From Pirellulales bacterium (GTDB lineage Bacteria; Planctomycetota; Planctomycetia; Pirellulales; JALHPA01), in the NCBI GenBank assembly GCA_033762255.1, contig JANRLT010000030.1:11209-75208 (forward strand): 64,000 bases of DNA, in the 5' to 3' direction. The notes beneath the pieces are model-generated. The model was not told the origin of the DNA, ran no database searches, and saw only the letters and a list, made by a program, of their open reading frames with translations. Below, one piece after another: positions 19,285 through 28,332 of the stretch. The position numbers were made by a program, and so were the translations under genes. Within the stretch, counting starts at the first letter, position 1, and every line of letters begins with the position of its first letter.

Positions 19285-20298
19285 TTATATCTCGCCCAAG
19301 TCCAGCCGGTCGGCTAATTCTTGATTTTGCCGGTACCACTCGACCGTGCGGCGCAGCCCCTCGGCCAGGGGAACCGTGGGCCGCCAATCCAGCAGCTTCT
19401 CTGCTTGGCCAATATTTGCCCAAGTGGCGGGCACATCGGCGGGATGCGCGGGTTTAAAGACCAGTTGGGGAGTTTTATCCAGCAATTTGGCCAATTCGTA
19501 AATGACATCCAGCAATTTGGCCGGTTCATCCCCACCCAGGTTGATGACCTGATAGCCTAGGGGACGGGCGGCGGCCACGGTTCCCCGGGCGATATCCTCG
19601 ACAAAGGTAAAGTCGCGGGATTGGCTCCCATCGCCAAAGACGGTAATCGCCTCGCCGCGGGCGATCCAACGGATAAACCGAAAGACGCTCATGTCGGGGC
19701 GGCCCGCCGGGCCATAGACCGTGAAATACCGCAGGACGGTGATATCCAGTTTGTGCAGGTGATGGTAGGTGTAGGCGATGGCTTCGGCCGCTTTTTTCGA
19801 GGCGGCATACGGCGAGAGAGGACAGTTGGTATCGGCATCCTCGGCAAAGGGAATCGGATTTTTGCCGCCGTACAGGGATGACGTGGAAGAGAGCACAAAC
19901 TTTTTTACCCCGAATTTGCGACATAACTCCAGCAAATTCAGCGTGCCGTCCGTGTTCACTTTGAAGTAAATCCAAGGATCACGGACCGAGGGACGAACCC
20001 CCGCGCGCGCGGCCAGATTCAGCACCGCGGCAAAGGGAACACCGCTGGCTGCGGAGGGGGCGGCGGCGTATTGCTCAAAAAGTGTTTTTACGGCAAAAAA
20101 GTCGCTAATATCAGTCGGAAAATAATGAAAGTGGGGGTGCTGGCGCAGTTGGGCCAGCCGCCATTCCTTAAGCTGGGGATCATAAGCGTCACTCAGGTTA
20201 TCAATCCCGACGACGGTTTCCCCCTGGTCGAGCAAGATTTTACAGACATTGGAGGCGATAAAACCCGCCGCCCCTGTCACTAAAAATGGAAGAGCCAT
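19285..20298 (-). CDS. NAD-dependent nucleotide-sugar epimerase (UDP-glucuronate 4-epimerase-like)
   Basis: FLVTGAAGFIASNVCKILLDQGETVVGIDNLSDAYDPQLK, SSTSSLYG, and YAASKKAAE (YxxxK). Confidence 0.85.
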   Translation of the reverse strand: MALPFLVTGAAGFIASNVCKILLDQGETVVGIDNLSDAYDPQLKEWRLAQLRQHPHFHYFPTDISDFFAVKTLFEQYAAAPSAASGVPFAAVLNLAARAGVRPSVRDPWIYFKVNTDGTLNLLELCRKFGVKKFVLSSTSSLYGGKNPIPFAEDADTNCPLSPYAASKKAAEAIAYTYHHLHKLDITVLRYFTVYGPAGRPDMSVFRFIRWIARGEAITVFGDGSQSRDFTFVEDIARGTVAAARPLGYQVINLGGDEPAKLLDVIYELAKLLDKTPQLVFKPAHPADVPATWANIGQAEKLLDWRPTVPLAEGLRRTVEWYRQNQELADRLDLGEI

Positions 20299-20488
20299 AC
20301 CTTAGACCCAATAAATCCCCGTAAAAAACAGGCCACCAGCCCCACGCCGCCGCAAAAGACCGTTAGTTTATCCTAACCTGCGGGGGGCCAATCCGATAGG
20401 TGGCGGGGGATGCCTTCAAGAGTGGGATTTTCCCTCGGCTGTTACAATTTTTTGAATTTTTCACGCGGATTTGACAATTCATCACCAC

Positions 20489-21973
20489 TTACCGCCGCAC
20501 TGCCCCGCTCGCGCGGGGATCAGCGGCTTGCAGGCTATTTTCTAGCCAACGCCGCACATTCTCATCCCCTTCGGAAGCTTGACGCTCCCGCAACCACTGC
20601 CTGGTTACCGCATCCGGAGCCGTACATAGCCAGGAATAAGACGCTTTACGTACTTCCGGCGATGGATGCTGGGAGAACACCCGCAGCCATAACGCGGGAT
20701 CGATCTCGGTTTGGCTAGGCAGGTTTTGCACCTTGGCGATGACTTCGCTGGGTTTGCCACAACAATACAGTTCCCACAAAGCGATCTCCGCTGGCAGCCA
20801 CCCCTGCACCTGATAGGCGTTGCCCAAGGTCGCCCGATCCCCTTGAGTGGTCTCCCGCCAGCGTTCTATCGCCGATACAAGTCGCAGTAATGGGGCCACG
20901 TCCGCTATCGTGCGCGGAGGAGGAGGAATGTCATTCTGCCCTCCCGTCGCCGCGGTTAATAAACCAGGTTCAGCAATTGCCGTTCGGTCTGGTGGCGATG
21001 TAGTCTCGGGAAGGGCCGGAGAAGTGGCTGCTTCGGCTAATCCTGAATCTTGATCACTTGAATTCTGATCATGGGTTAAGGCAATACCGGCATCATTGTT
21101 GATAGGGTTTCCCAACACTAAGGGTGCATTGGCGGCAAATGCAGGCAAAGGGGAGGGGGCCTGGGCAGTTCCTGACCCCGCATCTCCATTTTTACTGAAC
21201 TGTGCCTTTCTTTCATTCATTCCAGTATCCGCAAACTCACCCGTTCCGTCATTGGGGAGTAATTCCCCGATAGACTGAGTGCTTTTAAGGGAAGATTCCT
21301 CGAGCAACAGCTGCGGTTCGGCAATATCGGTTTCTGGCTGGCTTACCGGGGGATGGTTAGCAAGTAGGGTTGCGGTTTCGGTCCTCCAGTTAAGTAACCA
21401 TTTTTCCGCTAGGTAACGAGACTCTGTTACGGTTTGCGCAGACGCGGGCAAGCGACTCACAGCCAGCCATAAATCCACATGCGCGTTCCAGTCAGAGCGT
21501 TCCCCGGGCGGAATTTTGGACAAGTGATTCGGCAATTCCGCTAGCAAGCTGGCAAAATCCGCCGGCAAAGCCAAATGCTCCCGTTGCCAGGTTAATAACG
21601 TTTCTTCCCAGGTATTACGTGCCGCCTGGCGTAACGGTAACTCTTGATGGCCTAAAAAATTTAGCGCGTAATGTCTGCCCGCTGCCCCAGAGTCCAATAA
21701 CTCTCGCAGGGCCCGGGGGTATTCTCCACTGGAAAATCCAGGTATTTGTGATGCAAATCGCTGGGCTCGATCCCACGGAGCGTAGGTTTCATAGACCAGG
21801 GTTCCTCCTCCCGCAACCAATAATCCCGCGCAACAGATTAGTCCCCACAGTTCCCGCCGTAAAAATTTGGGGGGAGTTTCAGACCGCGGAGAGACACCCA
21901 AGGCGCTCGCGGCCAAAGCGGTCGCCGCGCTTTTAGCCGTGACTGACTGAGGGGGAGAGAGTGCGGGTTTCAT
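20489..21973 (-). CDS. Hypothetical membrane-anchored protein with HEAT-like C-terminal repeats
   Basis: The ATG at 21973 gives MKPALSPP... followed by one TM (LWGLICCAGLLVAGGGTLV). The C-terminus HPSPEVRKASYSWL...DENVRRWLENSL looks HEAT/PBS-like. The track start at 22051 is TTG. Confidence 0.5.
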   Translation of the reverse strand: MKPALSPPQSVTAKSAATALAASALGVSPRSETPPKFLRRELWGLICCAGLLVAGGGTLVYETYAPWDRAQRFASQIPGFSSGEYPRALRELLDSGAAGRHYALNFLGHQELPLRQAARNTWEETLLTWQREHLALPADFASLLAELPNHLSKIPPGERSDWNAHVDLWLAVSRLPASAQTVTESRYLAEKWLLNWRTETATLLANHPPVSQPETDIAEPQLLLEESSLKSTQSIGELLPNDGTGEFADTGMNERKAQFSKNGDAGSGTAQAPSPLPAFAANAPLVLGNPINNDAGIALTHDQNSSDQDSGLAEAATSPALPETTSPPDRTAIAEPGLLTAATGGQNDIPPPPRTIADVAPLLRLVSAIERWRETTQGDRATLGNAYQVQGWLPAEIALWELYCCGKPSEVIAKVQNLPSQTEIDPALWLRVFSQHPSPEVRKASYSWLCTAPDAVTRQWLRERQASEGDENVRRWLENSLQAADPRASGAVRR

Positions 21974-22267
21974 GGCTGGCAAGAGATGGGTGGCAAGTTT
22001 TGCAATATTTCCAAATTGCCCAGGCTTCCCAGGCTGGCTGAATTGTGGCAAGTCTGGACTGGCTGAGGGAAAAATCGGCGGATTATCCCCGCCGGGTCAA
22101 CTTCTAACAAGAGCATTTGTAAGGAGTTACGGCGGAAAGTCGCGGTTGAAGGGAAAAAGGTTATGGTCCCCGCGCGCGGCTGGCCGAATAAACCTCAAAG
22201 ACGGCTTGACCGTCAGAGTTTGACTGTGGCTTGTCTACGATGGTTGTTGCCTGTTCCGGGGGGGATT

Positions 22268-23284
22268 ATGGCATTGTCGGACTATTACGCGCGGTTGCGC
22301 GCCTGGGGATGTGTGTGGGTGCTCGGCTGTTACGCGGCGGGACTCTCGTTACCAGTATTAAATGCCGCGACTCCCGCCGAAGATCCACGGGTTGCCACGA
22401 CCAGCGCCGCGGCGCGGGATGCCGCCACCAAGGTGCTCACCTCCATCCGATTTACTCCCGCGGCACAAAAAAAAGTCTCTTCCGTGCTCGAAGACGTCAG
22501 CCTGTACCGCCGCTTACCCCGGCAAACCATTGATTGCGAACCTGATTTGTACTTGCATCTCATTCGAAATCCCGAGTTGGTGGTCAATATGTGGACCACG
22601 CTGGGCGTGACAAAAATGGTCATGGATCGCGTGGGGCAAGGAGTTTTTCAGGTCCAGGATGGTGAAGGGACCAAAGGATCGGTCGAGCTATTGGCCAGCA
22701 GCGATGAGTTGCAGGTGATTTATTCGGAAGGGTCCTACACCGGGCCATTGTATCCGCGCACCGTGCGGGGGAGGTCGTTGATTTTGCTGCGCAGCAAATA
22801 CCATAGCGACGCCCGTGGGCGGATGCTGGTGAGCAGTGATTTGGACTTTTTTCTGGCGATTGAAAATTTTGGCGTGGATTTGGTCGCCCGGACGTTTGCC
22901 CCGTCGATTGGCAAGGCGGCGGATCATAATTTTGCCGAAACGGCCCTTTTTGCCAGTAAATTGTCCCGTACGGCCGAAACCAACGAACCAGCATTGATCC
23001 GCCTAACGGAAAAACTGCAGCGAGTTACCCCGGAGAGCAAAGAGAATTTTTTGCGCGTTGCCAGTTTGGTCGATGACAAACTGGCGGCGGTGCGGGCAGA
23101 CACGGAACAACGCCAACAAGAGCAAGTCAGCGCAGCGCAACAGGCCGCGTCAGGTTCACCGGTTGTAACTCATTCATCAAACGCCACGGTTCCACGACAG
23201 CCAGCGGGGCGTATCCAACCGGTTCGGACACAGTCCCCTCCCGGTCACCGCGCGGCCAAACCCCCCGTACCGGGGCGGAAATAA
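22268..23284 (+). CDS. Secreted hypothetical protein
   Basis: The ATG at 22268 is preceded by GGGGGG and gives MALSDYYARLRAWGCVWVLGCYAAGLSLPVLNA, which is signal-like. The tail is a basic, Pro-rich, low-complexity segment. No family recognised. Confidence 0.5.
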   Translation: MALSDYYARLRAWGCVWVLGCYAAGLSLPVLNAATPAEDPRVATTSAAARDAATKVLTSIRFTPAAQKKVSSVLEDVSLYRRLPRQTIDCEPDLYLHLIRNPELVVNMWTTLGVTKMVMDRVGQGVFQVQDGEGTKGSVELLASSDELQVIYSEGSYTGPLYPRTVRGRSLILLRSKYHSDARGRMLVSSDLDFFLAIENFGVDLVARTFAPSIGKAADHNFAETALFASKLSRTAETNEPALIRLTEKLQRVTPESKENFLRVASLVDDKLAAVRADTEQRQQEQVSAAQQAASGSPVVTHSSNATVPRQPAGRIQPVRTQSPPGHRAAKPPVPGRK

Positions 23285-23384
23285 ATGTGCTTTGCGCCTT
23301 GCAACTAATGTGGCACAGTGTCTCAACAGCCGTAGTACCAACAAAGGATATTGCTTTGAATGGCACCTTGAGATTCTGCCCCGG

Positions 23385-24878
23385 TTAAGTAACTCGGTGG
23401 TGCAGTCGTGCCAAATACTCATCCGCCACGCGCAAGTGATTCGCCAGCTTGGGTCCCATTTTGTCCAACTGGCTGGACATAACGGACATTCGCGGATTCG
23501 CGTTAAAGAAATTTCGATGTTTATGAATAAACCGCCAATACAGGGCATCCCAAATCGGGCACCAGACCCCTTTCTTAAAATTGCTCATTTTTAATACATA
23601 ACTGGATCCACTGAGGTATGGCTTGGTCGTGATCAAGCCCCCATCCGCGTGCTGGCTCATGCCGTAGATATTGGGAACCATCACCCAATCGTACGCGTCG
23701 ATAAACAGTTCCATGAACCATTGATAAATGGCGTCCGGGTCAATCTCACATAACAGCATAAAATTGCCCAGGATCATCAACCGCTCGATATGGTGGCAAT
23801 ACGCGTGCCGCAGCACCCGCTGAATGACCATGTCAACCGGTTCGATCCCGGTGGTGCCGTCATAAAACGCCGCGGGAAGGGGTCGCGTGTGTTCCCAATA
23901 ATTTCGCGTCCGCTGGCGACGCCCATATAGGAGATACACCCCCCGCATGTATTCCCGCCAGCCAATGATCTGCCGAATAAAACCCTCGAGCGAATTCAGC
24001 GGTACATCATCCAACCGCGCCAGCGCCGCATCCAGGACCTCTTTTGGCGTTAATAACCCGATATTCAACGCGGGCGTAAGGACGGAGTGAAACAAAAACG
24101 GCTCGGTGGAGTGGATTGCGTCCTCGTATTCGCCAAAATTCGCAAAACGCTGGTCCAGAAAATCCCGCAATCCCGCCTGGGCCTGCTGTGCCGTGACAGG
24201 ATATGCAAAGTCCAGCCATCGACCAGGTGCCTGCGGAAACTGTTTGGCCAGTTCCGCCTGTGCCGCCCGGACATGGGGTGTGGCCGCTTGCACGGGCATC
24301 TCCGGTATCGTCATACCCCGTGGCAGTTTGCGGCGATTTTCGGTGTCAAAGCTCCACTTGCCTCCTACTGGCGTCCCTTTTTTATCAAGCAGCACCCCCA
24401 AGCGCCGCCGCTGGGTGATATAAAACTCGGTAAAGAAAAGTCTTTTTCTGGGCGTGCGGGAACTGGACGAGGGTTGGGCAAACGTGGCAAATTCCTCGCG
24501 GGAGGTCAAAAAGTGCGGATCGGGTAGTAATCGGCAGGCAATCCCCACGGCGGCAAGCGCGGTCGTTAGACGTTGCTCAAGCCAGTCATCGCAGGGATTC
24601 AATAGCTGGGCCGTAGTGACTCCCCGCTTTTTTAGCAGCAGCGCCAGATCACCCGTGGCGGCCAATTGGTCACAGGGAATGATTTCGACTATGTGACCAG
24701 ACTGGCGTAATGTATCCGCATAATGTCGCAGACTGGCGCGGTGTAGCACCAGCTTTTGGGCGTGAAAGGGATACTGCCGAAAGAAGAGCGGGTCCTCCAC
24801 CAACACGCAAAGATCTGCTCCGGCTAATGCGGGTTGCCGCGCATACAGTTGGTGCGGATAAATGAGCGCGGCCAGCAT
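23385..24878 (-). CDS. Cryptochrome/photolyase-family protein of the prokaryotic (6-4)-photolyase (PhrB/CryB, COG3046) type
   Basis: N-terminus LIYPHQLY...LVEDPLFFRQYPFHAQKLVLHRASLRHYA. C-terminal FAD domain GWREYMRGVY...HHIERLMILGNF...DAYDWVMVPNIYGMSQHADGG..TKPY.SGSSYV. The track start at 24905 is TTG; ATG at 24878. Confidence 0.8.
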   Translation of the reverse strand: MLAALIYPHQLYARQPALAGADLCVLVEDPLFFRQYPFHAQKLVLHRASLRHYADTLRQSGHIVEIIPCDQLAATGDLALLLKKRGVTTAQLLNPCDDWLEQRLTTALAAVGIACRLLPDPHFLTSREEFATFAQPSSSSRTPRKRLFFTEFYITQRRRLGVLLDKKGTPVGGKWSFDTENRRKLPRGMTIPEMPVQAATPHVRAAQAELAKQFPQAPGRWLDFAYPVTAQQAQAGLRDFLDQRFANFGEYEDAIHSTEPFLFHSVLTPALNIGLLTPKEVLDAALARLDDVPLNSLEGFIRQIIGWREYMRGVYLLYGRRQRTRNYWEHTRPLPAAFYDGTTGIEPVDMVIQRVLRHAYCHHIERLMILGNFMLLCEIDPDAIYQWFMELFIDAYDWVMVPNIYGMSQHADGGLITTKPYLSGSSYVLKMSNFKKGVWCPIWDALYWRFIHKHRNFFNANPRMSVMSSQLDKMGPKLANHLRVADEYLARLHHRVT

Positions 24879-24882
24879 AAAG

Positions 24883-25695
24883 TTAGATTCCTCTGGTTTT
24901 GTCAAACAGCAGCCACGCTATGGGGACCAGACACAACCCCGCCAGCAATAGCAAGGTTCCTCCATATAAATCCAGATCCAGGCGGCTCCGTCCCAGGGCC
25001 GTTGTCCAGACCGCCTGGACTAATAAAAGTCCCTGTGCGACAACCAGCGCGGCCAGGATTTCCTTTCTGCGGGGAACTTGCCATCGTCGCAAGACCCAGG
25101 CAACCGCCGGAAAAATTTGAATGGCATGTAGGGCCACACCGTGGGGGTATTTTAGCACGCCCGCGGAGCCATAAATTTCCGGCGGTGAACCGCGCTGAAT
25201 GTTGGCTTGACCTATTGCGGTAATCACAAAACCCAAGATGCAGGAAAAGAGCAGATACCACAAACCCGCGCGCAGCGCAAGCTCCATAGCCGGATCAAGC
25301 GACAACGGCTGGCAACTACGCCACGCTAGCCAACCAATTCCCAGAGTCACGATGGCGATAAGCGCCAGCATGGCAGACTCTATCCCGGTATCCAGCGGCG
25401 TGGCATGGTTAAAGTGTGAAGGGACACCCCGCCAATATTGCAGCGTAATGAGGGCTACTTCCACAAAGAGGCACAACGGCATGATGACCGACCAGCACCT
25501 ATCGCCCGTTCGAGTGGGAAGTTTTGACATGACCCAGGCTAACGACCAGACGGTAACACCCGCGGAAATACCAAACAGCGCGGGCTTGCGGGGAGAGACC
25601 GCCCCTTCCCAGTCGTAGCCGCCAACGAGCCAGATGGCCAAATGGAGCAAGCCCCCCAGAATCAGTACTGCGCCGATCCCTTTTGCCAGTGTCAT
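24883..25695 (-). CDS. Polytopic membrane protein, unknown family
   Basis: 270 aa with about 8 hydrophobic helices. Its stop codon lies 4 nt upstream of the photolyase-homolog ATG on the same strand. Confidence 0.6.
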   Translation of the reverse strand: MTLAKGIGAVLILGGLLHLAIWLVGGYDWEGAVSPRKPALFGISAGVTVWSLAWVMSKLPTRTGDRCWSVIMPLCLFVEVALITLQYWRGVPSHFNHATPLDTGIESAMLALIAIVTLGIGWLAWRSCQPLSLDPAMELALRAGLWYLLFSCILGFVITAIGQANIQRGSPPEIYGSAGVLKYPHGVALHAIQIFPAVAWVLRRWQVPRRKEILAALVVAQGLLLVQAVWTTALGRSRLDLDLYGGTLLLLAGLCLVPIAWLLFDKTRGI

Positions 25696-25758
25696 AAAAA
25701 TCGATCACAGTTTAACCCGCAATCCAAGGATGATCGCTAAAGCTTTTGGTCAACAAGG

Positions 25759-25778
25759 ATGAATCGGGCCGTTGGCCC
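25759..25778 (-). repeat. Solo copy of the GGGCCAACGGCCCGATTCAT hairpin module
   Basis: ATGAATCGGGCCGTTGGCCC is the reverse complement of the module seen at 34286-34305 and 50001-50020. Confidence 0.8.
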
Positions 25779-25874
25779 GCAAAGGATCAATCCCCGTTAT
25801 CCCGCAACAGATTTGGCACACGATAATAATTTGCATAGCACGTTAAAATTATAAATTAGCAATATGGATATAGT

Positions 25875-26612
25875 TTACTTTTTTCTTGCCAATACATGGC
25901 CCAGACCCCCATCCACGCCGATCACCTGTCCCGTAATAAAGGAGTTGGTAGGATCGAGTAGCCACGCGATCAGATTGGCCACATCGGCTGGTTCGCCCAG
26001 CTTGCCCAAGGCGTGCATTTCTTGGGAAGCCGCGGCAGAGGCGGGATTGGACCAAATGCGGCGGGTCAATTCGGTGCGGGTCAGTCCGGGGCTGACCACG
26101 TTGACGCGGATTTGCTGAGGGGCATAGGTTGCCGCGGCCGAACGCGCCAGGGAGATGACACCCCCTTTGGCCGCGGCGATCGCCTCGTGGTTGGATATGC
26201 CGATTTCCGCGGCTGCGGACGCCACCAATACGACGGAGCCACCCCCTTCACGCATGAGCTTTCCCGCGGCCCGCACCAGGGCAAAGGAGCTAAACAAATT
26301 CGTCTCCACCGTCTGGCGAAATTCCTCGTCGCTGGTTAGATGCGCGGGTTTGAGGATGAGTGAACCGATGCAGTTGGCCATCCCCGACCACGGGCCCGAC
26401 TGTTCGGCATGATGGCGCAGCACATCTTCTAATTCTTGCGAGTTATCTAGGTTGACTGCTTTCCACGATTGGCCAATTTCCTGTCCCAATGCGGCCAATT
26501 TGCCGCTATCCCGGCCCAGCATGAGAACTTTGTGGCCGGCGAGCGTCAACTGGCGGGAGAGCGTCGCGCCAATCGTGCCGCTGGCTCCTAAAATGGCATA
26601 ATTTCCGGGCAT
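25875..26612 (-). CDS. Short-chain dehydrogenase/reductase
   Basis: ILGASGTIGATLSRQL (TGxxxGxG variant), IAAAKGGV (the YxxxK position reads AxxxK), and VNVVSPGLTRT. Confidence 0.8.
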   Translation of the reverse strand: MPGNYAILGASGTIGATLSRQLTLAGHKVLMLGRDSGKLAALGQEIGQSWKAVNLDNSQELEDVLRHHAEQSGPWSGMANCIGSLILKPAHLTSDEEFRQTVETNLFSSFALVRAAGKLMREGGGSVVLVASAAAEIGISNHEAIAAAKGGVISLARSAAATYAPQQIRVNVVSPGLTRTELTRRIWSNPASAAASQEMHALGKLGEPADVANLIAWLLDPTNSFITGQVIGVDGGLGHVLARKK

Positions 26613-26662
26613 GGATTTGCTGGTAATCGTTAAAGTTAATGAAATAGTTAAAGCGGCGGGAA

Positions 26663-27124
26663 TCAGTATGCCAACGAGCTATTAGCACTTAACACCGTGT
26701 GGCAAAAGTGTAATATGAATCCCCCGCGCACTGTCCAAGCGATCGTGCGAAGCCAGTTGGATTGGACCAGCCAGCGCAGTCGGCGGACGTCATAACCGCG
26801 ACTTAGCGACTGATGCAGGGGCATTTGCAAAAAGGCCGTCGACAGCCAAATCACCACCAAGAGCACCAGGGCCGCCATATAAATGACATTTGTCCAAAGT
26901 GTCGGTTGCCACGCCAAAAGCCAGCCGGCGGTCAGTCCCTCGAGCAGCATGGGGCCGGACACAACTAGCGACGTGCGCGACTGGTGCGCGGTTTCATAAG
27001 CGCAAAATTCCCGCTCTCCCACCGCGGCCAAGAGCGGATAATGGACGATCTGCACAAACCAGATCAAGCCCGTCATAAACAGCGTGCAGGCCAAATGCAA
27101 CAACAAAATCCCGCTTTGATCCAT
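26663..27124 (-). CDS. Small membrane protein, DUF1772-like
   Basis: 153 aa, four TM helices. The N-terminus LFMTGLIWFVQIVHYPLL resembles DUF1772/anthrone-oxygenase-like proteins. The assignment is tentative. Confidence 0.45.
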   Translation of the reverse strand: MDQSGILLLHLACTLFMTGLIWFVQIVHYPLLAAVGEREFCAYETAHQSRTSLVVSGPMLLEGLTAGWLLAWQPTLWTNVIYMAALVLLVVIWLSTAFLQMPLHQSLSRGYDVRRLRWLVQSNWLRTIAWTVRGGFILHFCHTVLSANSSLAY

Positions 27125-27205
27125 CAGCGTTTTCCCCCAAGATTTAACAAATTCAAATGATTCACCGCATCGGACTGGAAATGCAGTTCCGCGGCCAACT
27201 TGTTG

Positions 27206-27652
27206 TTAGTGCCCTGCCGGGGAGGAAGGAGCTTCCTTCGTCCGCAGCACGCACTTGCCGTCTACGCACTGGCTCCCTGTTAAAAACTGCCTCCCTGTCA
27301 GCCACAACCGATTCCGGGCAAAGACCCAATAACCTAGATCCAGCGCTTGCCGGATCACTGGCCAGCGCGACAACCAGACCAGCCAACCAAATCCCACCGC
27401 CGCATACAGTCGGCGAAACACCTCTACCCCGACGATCATCTGGCCGTCCGGCGTCCGACCATGAATCTGTGCCATCAACTCTTCCTGGGTTTTACCCAAG
27501 TCGGTCGCATTAAAATCAGAAGCCTCGATATCCGTAAAGAGGATTTTTTCATTTTTGTCCCAACGGCGCAGCATGTTGATTTCCCGTAGACAAAGCGGAC
27601 AACCCCCATCGAAAAACACCTCGATTTCATTAGGTCTGGCGGCTAGTCTCAT
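27206..27652 (-). CDS. Thiol-disulfide oxidoreductase DCC (DUF393) family
   Basis: The [21 protein letters not shown] motif (DGxCxLC) near the N-terminus is present. Confidence 0.8.
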   Translation of the reverse strand: MRLAARPNEIEVFFDGGCPLCLREINMLRRWDKNEKILFTDIEASDFNATDLGKTQEELMAQIHGRTPDGQMIVGVEVFRRLYAAVGFGWLVWLSRWPVIRQALDLGYWVFARNRLWLTGRQFLTGSQCVDGKCVLRTKEAPSSPAGH

Positions 27653-27790
27653 GGTAAATGAACCTGGAATGATGCAATGTTAAAAAGAGCGGGAAATTGC
27701 GGTAATATCTTTACAACCACTTGTAGTTATAGGCCCCGCGACTAGCCAGGGGAGTTCAAGCTTCACTTCATCCTATCTTACCGCAACTCC

Positions 27791-28225
27791 ATGACACACA
27801 TTCACCGCCCGCCAGCCCCCCGCTGGATGTTCTGGTTATTACTCTTGGCCGGGATATACAACCTAGCCTGGGGCACTTTTGTGATTTTGTTCCCGTTGGT
27901 CCCGTTTGGCTGGCTCCAGTCTCCCTTGCCGAATTACCCCAGCCTAGTCCAATGCATCGGCATGATTGTGGGAGTGTACGGGATAGGCTATATCCTGGCC
28001 GCTTATGACCCAGCCCGGCACTGGCCAATCGTATTGGTCGGTTTATTAGGCAAGATTTTTGGGCCTATCGGGTTTCTCTGGGCAGCGGGCAACGGGGAAT
28101 TTCCTTGGTGGGCCGGCCTGACAATTTTGACCAATGATCTGCTCTGGTGGGTGCCGTTTGGGCTGATTTTGGCGTGGACGTGGCGGCAGGAATACACCCC
28201 TCAAGATGCGCGGCAGACGGGATAA
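27791..28225 (+). CDS. Small membrane protein, unknown family
   Basis: 144 aa, four hydrophobic helices, Trp-rich (LLWWVPFGLILAWTWRQEY). Divergent from the DCC gene. Confidence 0.5.
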   Translation: MTHIHRPPAPRWMFWLLLLAGIYNLAWGTFVILFPLVPFGWLQSPLPNYPSLVQCIGMIVGVYGIGYILAAYDPARHWPIVLVGLLGKIFGPIGFLWAAGNGEFPWWAGLTILTNDLLWWVPFGLILAWTWRQEYTPQDARQTG

Positions 28226-28332
28226 TGGGCTTATACCCCCCGCTTGGCTCAAAATTGCGGAAATGTTACGCTAGCGACAGTTTTAAGCAAAATAATCTGT
28301 CATAACCAAGCGCACTTTGCCGCGCTCCGCCC

